64,000 nt of DNA from Coraliomargarita sp. (GTDB lineage: Bacteria > Verrucomicrobiota > Verrucomicrobiia > Opitutales > Coraliomargaritaceae): NCBI GenBank assembly GCA_965216325.1, contig OZ244160.1:2016001-2080000 (forward strand), given 5' to 3'. Position 1 is the first letter of the stretch; each line of letters begins with the position of its first letter. The position numbers were made by a program, and so were the translations under genes. Under the pieces are notes generated by a model. That model worked only from the letters and a program-made list of their open reading frames with translations, was not told the origin of the DNA and ran no database searches. Shown here piece by piece: positions 31,883-42,980 of this stretch.

Positions 31883-34717
31883 CTACTCGTCTGCTGCTAG
31901 GACTTCCTCTGGGCGGAGGGTAATTGTTGCGAAGGCTTCGGTCAGTGTGGCTTTCGCCAATGCGTTGACTTCCTCCAGGGTGATCGACGCGTAGTCTGCG
32001 TCGCGTTCGCGGGCCCAATCGAGCTTGTAGGGCTTCTCTTGCGAGGCGGATAGAACGGATCCGAGCCAGTGGGCATTTTGTCGCCAATGGACTGGAAGCT
32101 CAGAGAGGATGGGTTGTAGTGCGCGGTCTAGCTCGTCGGCACTGGCCCCCGTGGCGGCGAAGTCTTGCGAAATCTCAAGCATGCGCTTTTGGAGCATGGC
32201 CGTTTCGGCTGAGGTGCAGACCGATGTGGTGGTTAGGCTGGCGGTGTTGAACACCTGGCTGGCGCCAAAGCCAGCTCTTGGGCTGTAGGTAGAGCCTAGT
32301 TCCTCGCGCAGCGTTTTACGCAGCCGGTCACTGAGAATGCTGGCCACTAGGTTCATCCGGCGTGATTCGCGGATATCTTCACGCACCGGGTTTGCCTGCC
32401 AGTTGAGGAGGGCCACTGCTTTGTCGATCTTGGAGGTGTAGGTGTAGGTCTTGGTTGCCGGGAGCTCCGGGAGGTTCAAGCTGCGGGCAGCTTTCAGATC
32501 TGGCTTAGTGCTTGCGCGCTCTGGAAGTGCCCCGAAGGTCTTCAGAATGAGTGGAATCGCAGTTTCGAGCTCGAAGTCGCCGACGATGCTCAGTTCCAGG
32601 TAGCTATTAGCCAACTCCTCGTCGAGCCAAGCACGCGCATCTTCCTTGGTATAGGTGGCGAGTTGCTGTGGATCGACCTTTGCGAAGCGTGAGTCATTGC
32701 CGTGTGACCATTGTTGCATTTTAGCTCCGGGCCCCGCCAAGGTATACTGTAGTTGGGATTCAATGCTCGGTAGCTGTTTGTGGAATTGGCGCAGTGCCTC
32801 GTCGCGGTAGCCTGGATCGGTGATGCCTGCGCAGAGCAACTGTAGTTGTAGTTCAAGGTCTTCGGGGGTGGTGCTGCCAGTGAAGATAAAGGCATCGTCA
32901 CCGACGCTGAAACCGTAGCCGACGTTGCGGCCGGCGAGAATGCGGCGCTGTTCATCGTTGCTGTGGGCTCCGAGGCCGCCACCATTGATGACGGCGCTCG
33001 CAACTAGGTCCAGCCCCGTGGTGCCCTCTGGTTGGCTGAGGGTGCCGTGTCCTGTGCGCAGGCTCATTACAATCGAGTTCTTCTGAAAGTCGGTGGACTT
33101 CAGGTTGACGCGGATATTGTTCGATAGCCTGAGTTGGGTGAACTCGAGGTCTTCGACCTCCGTGCGTTCGATCACCTCACCTGCGGGACCAAAGTCGGTA
33201 TAAGCGAAGCTTAGGTCCTTGGTTTCCTCGGGTGCGGCGACTGCGACGGCTTGGCTTTCCTGATAGAGCGTAGCGAGCTGTTTCTGGATTGCGGGGTCGT
33301 CTTTCTTGGTGGTTAAGATCAAACTGCGGTCCTCATTCGTCCATGCTTCGCGAAGGGCGCTGTGGCAGCTCTCTGGGCTTACGGTGTCTAGGCCAATGAG
33401 CCCGACGCGTCGTGTTTCGGTTGGGTGATCAAAGACATAATCCTCGTTGATGCTGTCGAGCAGGCCGGATGCGAGAGCGGGTGACTTGCGAGTGCTGGCA
33501 CGTTTGACCGCTTCATCGTAGTTGTTGCGCCAGTTCGCGGTGATTTCATCGACCTCTGCCTGGGTGAACCCGTGCTCGAGGGCACGGCGGAGTTCTTGTT
33601 CGAGAATGCCAACGGCTTCAGGCCATTTGCCCTCTTCGGGGGCGACGCCGATGTCGTGGAAGCGGATGGCATTCAACCAAAAGCTTGAGCCTGCACTGCC
33701 TCCTTTGATCGGCGACCCGGCTTCCTTGGCGAGGATCTGGAAGCGTCGGTTGAGAATCGCATTGGCCACTTGCAAGGGGTGATACTGAATGCGATTGGCG
33801 AGCGTGTCGGGTTCAAACGCATAGGGCTCGAGAATCGTTAAGCTGAGACTGTCGTGGTTGACCTCCTCGTCGCTAAAGACGCCGGTGCGAAAGCCGGTGT
33901 CCGTCGGCAGGGTGCCGAGGGCGGGCTCATTAAAGGGCTCGGTTGGAGCTGTCATGGACTCGAATTGCGTGCGTATACGCGCTTCAAATACATCGGGATC
34001 GATGTCGCCGACGGCGACGAAACTAAGATTATCGGCACGGTAGTTGTCGGTGTAGTAGTCGACAAATAATTCGCGTGCTGCGGACTCGATGACTTCGAGT
34101 CGGCCGATCGGCAGGCGATTTGCAGCGAGGAAGTCTGGCATCAGGAATTCGAGGCGCTGCTCCATGAGCCGCATCTGCACGGAGTCGCGGGCAATCAGTT
34201 CGGCACGGACGACGCCGCGCTCGTTATCGATCTCCTCAGCTTCGAGTAGTGCCCCATCGGCGAAGTCGCGCATCACGGTGAAGGCAAGATCGAGGGTGTC
34301 GTCTTCCAAGTTTGGCAGGTCGAGCATGTAGACGGTTTCGTCGAAGGAGGTGTAGGCATTGGCGTGTGCGCCGAACGCGATACCGAGGCGCTGCATTTGT
34401 GGGATGAGTTCTTCGACATTTGGAAAGTTGCGGCTGCCGTTGAACACCATGTGCTCTAGGAAGTGGGCGAGCCCGCGCTGTGCTTCGGATTCGTTCAGTG
34501 AGCCGGCATTGACGTGTAGGCGAAGCGAGACACGGCCGGGGGGCTCGGCGTTGGCTAGGATGGCGTAGCGCATGCCGTTGTCCAAGTGCCCGTAGCGCAC
34601 CGCAGGGTCCGGGCTGAGGTCGCTGTTCTCATGTGCCCACGGCTTTGGTGTGGCGGCGTTTAAGCAGGTAACAGCTGCGATGTTGAGGAGGGTGAGGAGA
34701 CGGATGGCGGTGTGCAT
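31883..34717 (-). CDS. M16 (insulinase) zinc metallopeptidase, PqqL-like
   Basis: Inverted zinc motif HFLEH, NAYTSFDETVY, ERGVV, signal peptide. Confidence 0.93.
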   Translation of the reverse strand: MHTAIRLLTLLNIAAVTCLNAATPKPWAHENSDLSPDPAVRYGHLDNGMRYAILANAEPPGRVSLRLHVNAGSLNESEAQRGLAHFLEHMVFNGSRNFPNVEELIPQMQRLGIAFGAHANAYTSFDETVYMLDLPNLEDDTLDLAFTVMRDFADGALLEAEEIDNERGVVRAELIARDSVQMRLMEQRLEFLMPDFLAANRLPIGRLEVIESAARELFVDYYTDNYRADNLSFVAVGDIDPDVFEARIRTQFESMTAPTEPFNEPALGTLPTDTGFRTGVFSDEEVNHDSLSLTILEPYAFEPDTLANRIQYHPLQVANAILNRRFQILAKEAGSPIKGGSAGSSFWLNAIRFHDIGVAPEEGKWPEAVGILEQELRRALEHGFTQAEVDEITANWRNNYDEAVKRASTRKSPALASGLLDSINEDYVFDHPTETRRVGLIGLDTVSPESCHSALREAWTNEDRSLILTTKKDDPAIQKQLATLYQESQAVAVAAPEETKDLSFAYTDFGPAGEVIERTEVEDLEFTQLRLSNNIRVNLKSTDFQKNSIVMSLRTGHGTLSQPEGTTGLDLVASAVINGGGLGAHSNDEQRRILAGRNVGYGFSVGDDAFIFTGSTTPEDLELQLQLLCAGITDPGYRDEALRQFHKQLPSIESQLQYTLAGPGAKMQQWSHGNDSRFAKVDPQQLATYTKEDARAWLDEELANSYLELSIVGDFELETAIPLILKTFGALPERASTKPDLKAARSLNLPELPATKTYTYTSKIDKAVALLNWQANPVREDIRESRRMNLVASILSDRLRKTLREELGSTYSPRAGFGASQVFNTASLTTTSVCTSAETAMLQKRMLEISQDFAATGASADELDRALQPILSELPVHWRQNAHWLGSVLSASQEKPYKLDWARERDADYASITLEEVNALAKATLTEAFATITLRPEEVLAADE

Positions 34718-34753
34718 CAATTTAAGTTTGGGTGATTGGATAATGATCCTAAC

Positions 34754-34810
34754 AGACCCCCCCCATCCGGCAAGCGGATGACCTCCCCTTGGCTGGGGAG
34801 GAGCTTTCTT
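34754..34810. repeat. ACCCC..CTCCCC..GGGGAG-type hairpin repeat, copy 2
   Basis: Near-identical to 20893-20949. Confidence 0.8.
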
Positions 34811-34849
34811 TTTGACGGGGTGCTAGGATTGCAACTTGGAGTTGAATAC

Positions 34850-34884
34850 AAAAAAGCCCTGCGGTCGAGGACGGCAGGGCTTTT
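34850..34884 (-). terminator. intrinsic terminator after glyA
   Basis: AAAAGCCCTGC...GCAGGGCTTTT. Confidence 0.8.
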
Positions 34885-34901
34885 GTGAAATGAGCTATGC
34901 T

Positions 34902-36179
34902 TTACGCGTAGGGCAGTGGGTAGGCTGCGCAGAGTTCGGTGGCGATTGCTTTCGCCTTGGCGATGGCTGCGTCGTCTTCCGGAGCGGAGAGCACGGTGTC
35001 GATGGCTTCGGCGATCTTCTCCATGTCCGCTTCCTTGAGGCCGCGGCTAGTCACCGCTGGTGTGCCAAGGCGGATACCACTGGTTTGGAATGGGCTGCGT
35101 GTTTCGCCAGGAACGGTGTTCTTGTTCGTGGTGATGTTTGCCTTGTCGAGAGCGATTTGAGCAACCTTACCGGTGAGTTCCGGATCCTTCTTACGCAGGT
35201 CGATCATCATGAGGTGGTTGTCGGTGCCGCCAGAGATGATGTGGTGGCCGCGCTCGATGAGTGCGTTGGCAAGTGCCTTCGCGTTGGCAGCGACTTGCTG
35301 TTGGTATTCCTTGAAGCTATCGGAAGCGGCTTCCTTGAAGCAAACTGCCTTGCCGGCGATGACGTGCATGAGTGGGCCACCTTGGATACCTGGGAAGACT
35401 GCGGAGTTGATCTTCTTCGCGTGCTCTTCCTTGCAGAGGATCAAACCACCACGTGGGCCACGGAGGGTCTTGTGGGTGGTGGTCGTGACGAAGTCTGCGT
35501 GTGGCACTGGAGATGGGTGCACGCCGGTTGCGACAAGACCTGCGATATGTGCGATGTCCGCTAGGAGGTAAGCGCCGACTTCACGAGCGATCTCGCCCAT
35601 GCGAGCGAAGTCGATGACGCGGGAGTAAGCCGATGCACCAACGGTGATCATCTTTGGCTTTTCCTTGCGTGCCGTTTCGGCGATGCCGTCGTAGTCGATG
35701 AGGCCGTCTTCAACGCCGACGCCGTAGTTGACGACTTCGTAGGTCATACCACTGAAGTTCATTGGGTGGCCGTGTGTGAGGTGGCCGCCGTCGGACAGGC
35801 TCATGGTGAGGATCTTGTCACCTGGCTTAAGCACGGAAAGGTAAACGGCTGCGTTTGCCTGACTGCCGGAGTGCGGCTGCACGTTGGCGTGGTCTGCACC
35901 GAAGAGTACCTTGGCGCGCTCGATTGCGATTTCTTCAACTACGTCGACGTGCTCGCAGCCACCGTAGTAGCGCTTGCCGGGGTAGCCCTCGGCATACTTG
36001 TTGGTGAGCACGCTACCCTGTGCTTCGATGACGGATGGGTAGGTGAAGTTTTCAGACGCGATGAGCTCGATGTGCGACTCTTGGCGTTTGCGCTCAGCAG
36101 CGATAGCGTTGGCGATCTCGGGATCGACGCTGGCGAGCGGGTTTGGATTGAGCGCGGAGGATGCGTTTTCTGTTGTCAT
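34902..36179 (-). CDS. glyA: serine hydroxymethyltransferase
   Basis: [35 protein letters not shown]. Confidence 0.98.
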   Translation of the reverse strand: MTTENASSALNPNPLASVDPEIANAIAAERKRQESHIELIASENFTYPSVIEAQGSVLTNKYAEGYPGKRYYGGCEHVDVVEEIAIERAKVLFGADHANVQPHSGSQANAAVYLSVLKPGDKILTMSLSDGGHLTHGHPMNFSGMTYEVVNYGVGVEDGLIDYDGIAETARKEKPKMITVGASAYSRVIDFARMGEIAREVGAYLLADIAHIAGLVATGVHPSPVPHADFVTTTTHKTLRGPRGGLILCKEEHAKKINSAVFPGIQGGPLMHVIAGKAVCFKEAASDSFKEYQQQVAANAKALANALIERGHHIISGGTDNHLMMIDLRKKDPELTGKVAQIALDKANITTNKNTVPGETRSPFQTSGIRLGTPAVTSRGLKEADMEKIAEAIDTVLSAPEDDAAIAKAKAIATELCAAYPLPYA

Positions 36180-36217
36180 GATCTGTCTATGAAATTGAAG
36201 CGCAGTTTATTTCAACC

Positions 36218-37855
36218 TTAGAAGGGCCAGAGCCAGTCCTTTTTCTGCTTTTTTGACTTTTTCGCGGTTGGAGCTGGCTCTTCGGCGCTGTCCTCAGCTG
36301 TGTCAGTAGCTGACTCTGTAAGTTCCTCTTCGGCTGGGATTTCAACCATGGCTTCCGCCTTCGCCGAGGCTTCGGCGGACAGGTCGGTTGCCGGCTCAGT
36401 GACCACTTCAACTGGCGCAGCCTCATCGGCCATTGTTTCAGTGGCCTCGTCCTCGCTGAGCTCTTCCTCAGCTTCCGCTTCAAGCTCCTCTGGGCGCTTT
36501 TCGCTCCAGAAGGGCCACCACCATGGATCGGAGGAGCCAGGTTGGTCTTCGTAGCCTTCTTCTAGGAGCGCTTCGGAAGTGGTGCTTTCGTCATCACCAA
36601 ATGGCCAGGCCCAGCGTGAGAAGGTGCGGCCCCAGTCACCTTTGCTGGCTTCAGCCGGATCGATGCCTGCGGATTCAGCCAGTTCGTGCATCTGGATGGC
36701 AACTTCGCTGCGATCGGCAATGTGCTCAGCAAGCTTAGCCTTGTCAGCCGGAGTTGCCGGGTAGATGCGAGTCGGGACGCCGTCGAGTGGGCGGGCTGGC
36801 TTGTATTCGTAGAGGAGAAAGCCGTTGGCGACCGGGCTGAGGATTTTACGCATGCCGTTGTCCCAGCGCATGAAGATGTCCTGACCGCTCATGCTCCATT
36901 GGCCTTCTAGGGTACGATTGCGTGTGGTGGTGAGTCCTCCGAAGCGGCCGATCTCAATTTGCTCATAAGCTTCGGGGCTGAGGCGGACGAGCCATGCGCC
37001 GCGGTAGAACTGGCGGGCAATCTTGCGGCTGGAGAAGGCGATGCCACCAGTGTGCACTTCGCGCTCGGTGTGATAGTTGTTGAGCCATGCGCTCGGCACG
37101 GTTTCTTGGTCTATACGGCTGGCGGGCACCAGCTCGGTTTCGTCTTCCTCAATGATGACACCTGGCCCGATACGCTTGTAGGCGTGGCCGCGCTCGTTTT
37201 CACGAATGATGGAGTAATGGCCTGAGTTCCACGCGATGTGAAGTTCGCTACCTTGCTTTGCCCAGGAGCCGCGCAAGCCCGTTGGCATCGTGCCGTTAGC
37301 ATCCCATGTGCTGGCAGCAGAGCGATCCGACTCGACAAAGACGTAGTTGGTGCCGCTTTCGGTTGCAATTTCCCACACGCCGAAGAAGCCCTTGGCCTTG
37401 TCGCGGTCGGAAATCAGCTCTTCAGATTGTGTTGGAGGCTCTGCCCATTGGCCGAGGATCTCCTTGGGCACTTGTTGTGCGATGGCTTTGTAAACTTCTG
37501 CGCCGGAGGCATTACGGTAGATTGCGCCAAAGCCGAGTGATTCGCGCTTGATGGTGTGGCTGCCGCCGTCGGCCCAGGTGAGGGTTGCTGCGTCGGAGTC
37601 ACTGGTCCAGTTGCCCTGATAGACGTTACGGTCGGCATTGTCGCCCCAGAAGTAGGAGGCGCGACCGTGGCGCTTAACGATTACAATCAGTGAGCCCTCG
37701 TCGGGGGTGTCGATCTGCCAGGTGCCGCGGTAGAGGTCTTCGCTATCCTGTGCGGAAGCGAGTGGCGCGGCCAAAAAACTGAGAACGGTAAGCAAAAGAG
37801 CGGCGACGCCGGACTGCGTTAGGCGACGGCCACTCAGAGGGAAAAATAACTTCAT
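36218..37855 (-). CDS. exported hypothetical protein with three beta-rich repeats and an acidic Trp-motif tail
   Basis: Signal peptide; three (Y/F)xGxW...GxW...W.(D/N/S)G units; WxWPF three times. Confidence 0.8.
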   Translation of the reverse strand: MKLFFPLSGRRLTQSGVAALLLTVLSFLAAPLASAQDSEDLYRGTWQIDTPDEGSLIVIVKRHGRASYFWGDNADRNVYQGNWTSDSDAATLTWADGGSHTIKRESLGFGAIYRNASGAEVYKAIAQQVPKEILGQWAEPPTQSEELISDRDKAKGFFGVWEIATESGTNYVFVESDRSAASTWDANGTMPTGLRGSWAKQGSELHIAWNSGHYSIIRENERGHAYKRIGPGVIIEEDETELVPASRIDQETVPSAWLNNYHTEREVHTGGIAFSSRKIARQFYRGAWLVRLSPEAYEQIEIGRFGGLTTTRNRTLEGQWSMSGQDIFMRWDNGMRKILSPVANGFLLYEYKPARPLDGVPTRIYPATPADKAKLAEHIADRSEVAIQMHELAESAGIDPAEASKGDWGRTFSRWAWPFGDDESTTSEALLEEGYEDQPGSSDPWWWPFWSEKRPEELEAEAEEELSEDEATETMADEAAPVEVVTEPATDLSAEASAKAEAMVEIPAEEELTESATDTAEDSAEEPAPTAKKSKKQKKDWLWPF

Positions 37856-38022
37856 GTGAGGTGCATATTTTTCGTATCTGCCTCACGCAAGTTTAAAGGA
37901 GGGATGAGACTTGAAACGTGAGACTTGAGGGGAGGCAGAGGTCTGAGCGCTGAGACTTGAAACCTGAAATTGGATTGAAAAGACTAGAATGTTACGGAGC
38001 TAGTGCATTCAAGTTTCAGGTT

Positions 38023-38814
38023 TCAGCCCTCTAAAATATCCCGCTGACCGATTCTGGAGAAGTCGAGCACACTGCGGCTGATGTTGCCGCGATCCAGTGC
38101 GGCGCGGTCGCTTTGTGGTGCGCTATCAAGCACGATGCCATCCGAGTAGTGGAAGCTGTATTTGCCCGGACTGACTTCGCGGTAGAAGCTGCCCAGTTTG
38201 AGTTTGGCTGGGAAGGTTCCCTCAATCGTGGCGTCGGCAGTCGTCTCCGCGGGGAAGTTGACGTTGACGACGTTGCCAGTGGCTTCGGGCTGAGCCAGTA
38301 GTTCCAAGCTCATGCGGCGAGCGTGCTCGGCTGCGGTTTGGAGAGAATCCGAGAAGGCGCCCTCGGTTCGGCCGTTGGCATCGCGGATGCCTTCAAACAG
38401 ATGGTTGGGCACGCATTTGCTAAAGGCGATTGCCGGCAAGCCCCAATTCGCAGCTTCAATTGCTCCCGCGACCGTGCCTGAGCAAAGAATCAGTGTTTCG
38501 GTGGTGTTGAAACCGATGTTGATGCCGGACACGACGATGTCTGGCTGGCGGTTCAGGAGGTTGCCGAGTGCGATATTGACGCAGTCGGTCGGGGTGCCGC
38601 TTACGGCCCAGGCCTGCACGCCGTCCGGAAAATGTGCCGGACTGGAGATGACCTCAACTTCGCGACGACGGCTGATCGCGCGTCCGATCCAGCTCTGTTC
38701 GAAGGCGGGCGCGGCAACCGCGACGTCAAAGTCGGGGACGAGCGCTTCGACCAGACGGTGTAGAAAGGCGGAATCGATTCCGTCGTCGTTGGTGACCAGT
38801 GCGAGAGGTTTCAT
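38023..38814 (-). CDS. surE: 5'/3'-nucleotidase SurE
   Basis: [31 protein letters not shown]. Confidence 0.93.
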   Translation of the reverse strand: MKPLALVTNDDGIDSAFLHRLVEALVPDFDVAVAAPAFEQSWIGRAISRRREVEVISSPAHFPDGVQAWAVSGTPTDCVNIALGNLLNRQPDIVVSGINIGFNTTETLILCSGTVAGAIEAANWGLPAIAFSKCVPNHLFEGIRDANGRTEGAFSDSLQTAAEHARRMSLELLAQPEATGNVVNVNFPAETTADATIEGTFPAKLKLGSFYREVSPGKYSFHYSDGIVLDSAPQSDRAALDRGNISRSVLDFSRIGQRDILEG

Positions 38815-38895
38815 GGGAGGGAGTTGTTCGTTGAAAGTTGTTAGTTGTTAGGAAGGCTGTTCTTTAGCGAACAACGCTCTACTCACAGCGTGCAA

Positions 38896-39351
38896 CTACT
38901 CTGCGCGCTTCAGCACTTCTGCTGGTGCTTCGGTGATTCGCTCACGCACGTGGGCAGGCAAGGTGAGGGATTCGAGTTCCCCGCTTGTGGATAGCTGGGT
39001 GAATACAGTCGTCATGTGGCCCTTGGCGCAGTGGGTGCGGTTCCCGTCAGCGTTGCGACGATAGAGTCGGAATTGAAAATCGATTGCACGGTCTTTGACG
39101 GCTTTCACTGCAAGGTGAATGTCGATGGTGTCGCCAAAGCGGACGGGGGCGGAGAACTTGCACTCGACACGCGCTCGCGGCCAGCCCACCAGCTCGCCGG
39201 GGACGGTTTTGATCAGGTCAACGCCAGCAGCCTCAAAGAAGTCCCGCTCGGCGGTCTCCATATATTTGAAGAAATTGGTGAAGTGCACGAGCCCGGCCAT
39301 ATCGGTTTCGGAAAACTCGATGCGACGTGTTGAAGTGTGTTCGTAAGCCAT
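38896..39351 (-). CDS. acyl-CoA thioesterase (4HBT/YbgC hotdog fold)
   Basis: [20 protein letters not shown]. Confidence 0.9.
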   Translation of the reverse strand: MAYEHTSTRRIEFSETDMAGLVHFTNFFKYMETAERDFFEAAGVDLIKTVPGELVGWPRARVECKFSAPVRFGDTIDIHLAVKAVKDRAIDFQFRLYRRNADGNRTHCAKGHMTTVFTQLSTSGELESLTLPAHVRERITEAPAEVLKRAE

Positions 39352-39436
39352 TGGTTCAGGGGTCAGAGATCAGATGTCAGAGGACAGATTGCTGGTGTGC
39401 GTGGTTGCCTTACGCAATTCCTTGCAGATCGGGAAA

Positions 39437-39913
39437 TTAGCGCACTTGGCCTTCGGCTTCGACGCGCACCTGTTCCATCAGCTTGCGATATTCACTGCGG
39501 CCGTTGCGTTTGATGCGGTAGGGCGAGGGGTTGGTGCCACTGCCAGAGGAGGTGTGCTCTTGAATGAAGACCTCGCAGCTCATGGTGTAGCTACCGTGGC
39601 CGTTTTGCTTGATATTGACCTTCGGCTCAATCGTCATGCGCTCGGTCCTCCAAGTTTTTCCGTAGAGCAAGGCCGTGCTCTTGCCGCCATCTTTGGAGAA
39701 GGCGTAGCGGTCTGGCCACTCGGTAACGAGGTGGAAGCCTGCGTTGGTAAAGACTTCTTTGACCGCACGGTCGACTGCTTCACGTGAGCTTTGATACACT
39801 GTTACGGAGGCAAAGTCGTTGCTTTCCTTGTCGATGCCGACTGCTGAGGAACAGCCGGAAAGTAGCCAGAGGCAAAGCGCGGTGACGAGCGAAGGAATGA
39901 GTTTATGTACCAT
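39437..39913 (-). CDS. hypothetical lipoprotein
   Basis: Lipobox LLSGC from ATG 39913; the longer ORF runs through a REPIN. Confidence 0.75.
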   Translation of the reverse strand: MVHKLIPSLVTALCLWLLSGCSSAVGIDKESNDFASVTVYQSSREAVDRAVKEVFTNAGFHLVTEWPDRYAFSKDGGKSTALLYGKTWRTERMTIEPKVNIKQNGHGSYTMSCEVFIQEHTSSGSGTNPSPYRIKRNGRSEYRKLMEQVRVEAEGQVR

Positions 39914-39920
39914 TACAATT

Positions 39921-40020
39921 GGTGGGGCGTTGCTTGCGGTGCCCTCGGTTGGTAAGGTTTTGGTTCTGCGGGCTTCGCCATTCGGCCTGAGCTCATGGTC
40001 GAAGGCAAGCAAAGCCACTA
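39921..40020. repeat. degenerate family C REPIN with a nested 26-bp hairpin
   Basis: GGGGCGTTGCTTGC...GCGGGCTTCGC[39979-40004]GCAAGCAAAGCCACTA. Confidence 0.8.
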
Positions 40021-40620
40021 TTAAAATCGATCAGAGACCACCACGTCTTCGTAGGAGAGCTGTCCGCCGCGAGCGTTGGCTGGTTTGATCGCTTTGCCGA
40101 CGGTGAGCATCATGCCGATAATGTGGTTTTCGGGGAGGTTGATGAGTTCGCCAACTTTTTTCGGGTCAAAGCCGATCATGGGGCAAGTGTCGTAGCCCAT
40201 TGCCTTGGCGGCAAGCATGAGGGTTTGTCCGGCAATGCCGATTGAGCGCATCGCTTCATCGCGTTGGAGGCCTTCGTTGTCTTTGTAGAAGGGCTCGATC
40301 ATGGGGACGAGCACATCCTGCACGGGTTGTGGAGCGTTGACCCAGTAGCGTGCGCCGTTCTCATAGCTGTGAAGGTCGGCGCAAAGCAGGATGGTGATCG
40401 AGGCTTCGCTGACTTGCGCTTGATTCCAAGAGGCTGCGCGGAGGGCATCCTTTTGCGCTTGGTCGCTGACGACGACGAAGCGCCAGTTTTGCATATTGAA
40501 CGAGGTGGGCGAGAGTAGCGCCGCCTCGAGCAGTTGCTTGATCTCTGCGTCGCTCATTGTGTGAGCTGGATCGTAGTGCTTGACTGAGCGGCGTTCGGAA
40601 ATCGCAGTAAATGTATCCAT
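40021..40620 (-). CDS. nitroreductase family protein
   Basis: RRSVKHY, SPTSFNMQNWRF, LMLAAKAMGYDTCPMIGFD. Confidence 0.93.
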   Translation of the reverse strand: MDTFTAISERRSVKHYDPAHTMSDAEIKQLLEAALLSPTSFNMQNWRFVVVSDQAQKDALRAASWNQAQVSEASITILLCADLHSYENGARYWVNAPQPVQDVLVPMIEPFYKDNEGLQRDEAMRSIGIAGQTLMLAAKAMGYDTCPMIGFDPKKVGELINLPENHIIGMMLTVGKAIKPANARGGQLSYEDVVVSDRF

Positions 40621-40738
40621 GGCGCTGAGATTGAGGCCTTTTAAGGGCGAGGCAAATCTGCTTTGCAATTTTTGTGGCGTGGCTACGCGATTGGAACTTG
40701 GCTTAAAGCCGCCTGCAGGCGGGACCCCAACCTGCTCA

Positions 40739-41731
40739 CTAGATCCGTGGCTTGAGGATTAGCACGCCCTCGTGGGCTTCGGCGGTCTCGCGCATGATAT
40801 TGGCGAAGCGCGTGTTGCCTTGGGGGGCGCCAATCTGGAACGGGTTCACGAGTGTGGGGAAGCCGATAGCGCTAATCGATACGGGGCGCTTGCCAGTGTT
40901 CGGATTGCGTGGGTTGAGGCGATCGAGCTGGATCAGGAAGTTTTGTGTGTTGCCGCGGAAGTCGTCGCCGACGACATACAGGCTCATGTGCTCATCTGGT
41001 CCGACTCCTTGGCGCAGATCGCGGAAGGCTCGGCGGATGCCTGGCTCCGGATCGCTGACACTGAGGATTGGGTAGTTGAGGATTTGGTTGAGTGCTTGGC
41101 TGCGGAGTCCGGCTGTGTCGGGCAGCCAGTAGCGAGATTGTGTGCGCAGCATGTAGTTGCCGCTAGTATCCAAAAATTGAATACTTTTGACTTCCGGTAA
41201 GCTGTCGAGGATCTCGCGGATTTGCTGAACGACACCATGGTGCAACTGCTTGGTGATCTGGTTGCGCATGCTGCCCGAGGTGTCGATGATGAAGGCGACG
41301 TGGGTTGCGTCGGAGGGGAGGCCGATCGGTGGGAGGTCTTCGTATTTGAAACTCTCCAGTAATCGCGTTGCTTCTGCGGCGGCTTGTTGGCTTTTGGTGA
41401 GTCCGGCGCTGCGGGTGTCGAACTCTTGTTGCAGGTCGGCGAGTGTGGATTCGAGTTCTTGGATCTGCGATAGAATGCGCTCGCGTTCTTGGCTGGTTTG
41501 TTCGCTGTTCAGCGCAGCTTCGAGTATGGATACTTTATTGGCGATGTCTGCTTCGAGTGCAGCGAGTTGGTCTTGCAGGCGTTCGATGGTCGGCGCATCG
41601 ACTTCGCTTTTTACGCCCGCTTCGCCGGAGCCGATGGAGAGGATGAACAGCAGCAAGATTGCGCCAAAGCCGCAGCAAAGACAGTCGAGAAAAGAGAGGC
41701 TGAAGACCTCGATATTTCGTCTTTTTATCAT
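40739..41731 (-). CDS. membrane-anchored vWA-domain protein 2 (ExbD/MotB-like Asp TM)
   Basis: SFLDCLCCGFGAILLLFIL TM, coiled coil, MIDAS IDTSGS, VVGDD. Confidence 0.8.
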   Translation of the reverse strand: MIKRRNIEVFSLSFLDCLCCGFGAILLLFILSIGSGEAGVKSEVDAPTIERLQDQLAALEADIANKVSILEAALNSEQTSQERERILSQIQELESTLADLQQEFDTRSAGLTKSQQAAAEATRLLESFKYEDLPPIGLPSDATHVAFIIDTSGSMRNQITKQLHHGVVQQIREILDSLPEVKSIQFLDTSGNYMLRTQSRYWLPDTAGLRSQALNQILNYPILSVSDPEPGIRRAFRDLRQGVGPDEHMSLYVVGDDFRGNTQNFLIQLDRLNPRNPNTGKRPVSISAIGFPTLVNPFQIGAPQGNTRFANIMRETAEAHEGVLILKPRI

Positions 41732-41748
41732 GGCTAAAAAGACGAAAT

Positions 41749-41880
41749 ATCGAACGTCGAACGCTGGACGTTGAACGTTGAATGTTGAATCGGCCTATTT
41801 GTTGAAACGAATTTCTCGAACCGAATACGCTGGAATCGCATTCGATGTTGAAAGTTCGATGTTCGATGTTCGACGTTCAT
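41749..41880. repeat. inverted arrays of degenerate heptamers (TYGAACG / CGATGTT)
   Basis: TCGAACGTCGAACGCTGGACGTTGAACGTTGAATGTTGAAT ... ATTCGATGTTGAAAGTTCGATGTTCGATGTTCGACGTTCA. Confidence 0.8.
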
Positions 41881-42884
41881 AGCGCTGGCCAGTCTTTGTC
41901 CGGGATGAGTGTCACGCCGTTGGTGCGGGTGGAGAGTTTCCAATAGAGGCCCGCTGCGGAGGGATCGCCCTCGAAGGGAAAGAGGATGACGTTGATTGGG
42001 TAAGTGAAGCGTTTATTGATAGCAGCGTTGAAGAGCACCACGCGATCGGCTTCGCTGAGTGAGCTGCGGGAAGTGGGCGCGGTTGGTAGGCCGTCGCTCA
42101 TCAGGAGCATGCTGTTCGGGCGCTCCTTTTGAGCGAGTATGGTGTTGATGCCTTTTTGTAGATTAGCTCCGCCGCTGGCTTCGAGCTTATCGAGTCGTTC
42201 GAGCGTTGCGAGGAGTGCGGCGTTGTCGTAAGGATCAATATAAGGGTTTTGAGGACTTCCGGTGAGTGGGGTCGTCTCGGTGTTCATTTGAAAAATCGCG
42301 ACGCGAGTGCCTTTGGGGATGGCGGCAAGCACGGCACGCACTGCGGCTTTGGCGCGCAGCCATTTTTCAGACTTTTTGCCGGTGCCTTGTTGGAGCATGT
42401 CGACCGCTTCGCGCGCATTGGTTGCCAGCATACTGCCGGAGTTTTCGAGTAGAATCACGGTGCGGGGTCCACGCAGTTTGAGGCCGGATAGATAACTGCG
42501 GTCTGCTGAGGGGCGGTCCAGTGATGCGGGGTCGGCTTCGGGCTGAGGCGTTTCGAGTGAAGCGAGTTTCTGCATCTCGGCTTCGACCTCTTTAGCCAGT
42601 CGTTCCTGTTCTGCAGCCAGTTCGGCGAGGCTGGTGGCGTTGGTATCCGGTTGTGGATCGAGTGCGGAGATGTCCTTATCCAAGGATTTCTGTTTGGCTT
42701 CGGCTTCTTCGATGGCAGCCTGGAGAGTTTCAGCTGCTTGCACCGATTGGCTGGCATCCTCTTCGCTGATAATAATCTGCCGCTTCGCAGTCAGTATGAA
42801 GAGTAGGAGCACGGCACCGAAGCCACAGCAGATACAGTCCATGAAGGATAGTGCGGAGCTTTGGGCTTCTCGGCGTTTGGCCAT
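41877..42884 (-). CDS. membrane-anchored vWA-domain protein 1 (ExbD/MotB-like Asp TM)
   Basis: SFMDCICCGFGAVLLLFIL TM, coiled coil, LENSGS, MSDGLP. Confidence 0.8.
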   Translation of the reverse strand: MAKRREAQSSALSFMDCICCGFGAVLLLFILTAKRQIIISEEDASQSVQAAETLQAAIEEAEAKQKSLDKDISALDPQPDTNATSLAELAAEQERLAKEVEAEMQKLASLETPQPEADPASLDRPSADRSYLSGLKLRGPRTVILLENSGSMLATNAREAVDMLQQGTGKKSEKWLRAKAAVRAVLAAIPKGTRVAIFQMNTETTPLTGSPQNPYIDPYDNAALLATLERLDKLEASGGANLQKGINTILAQKERPNSMLLMSDGLPTAPTSRSSLSEADRVVLFNAAINKRFTYPINVILFPFEGDPSAAGLYWKLSTRTNGVTLIPDKDWPAL

Positions 42885-42897
42885 GCTTTTTAGGAAT

Positions 42898-42980
42898 TCT
42901 TAATCTTACTCTTAATCGTGATCCTAATCTTCCTGTATGCTCGGTCGGGATTAAGATTAAGAGTAGGATTATGATTAAGA
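42898..42980. repeat. inverted arrays of GA(T/G)TA(A/G) hexamers
   Basis: TCTTAATCTTACTCTTAATC... / ...GATTAAGATTAAGAGTAGGATTATGATTAAGA; similar arrays near 25330, 28670 and 29820. Confidence 0.75.
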
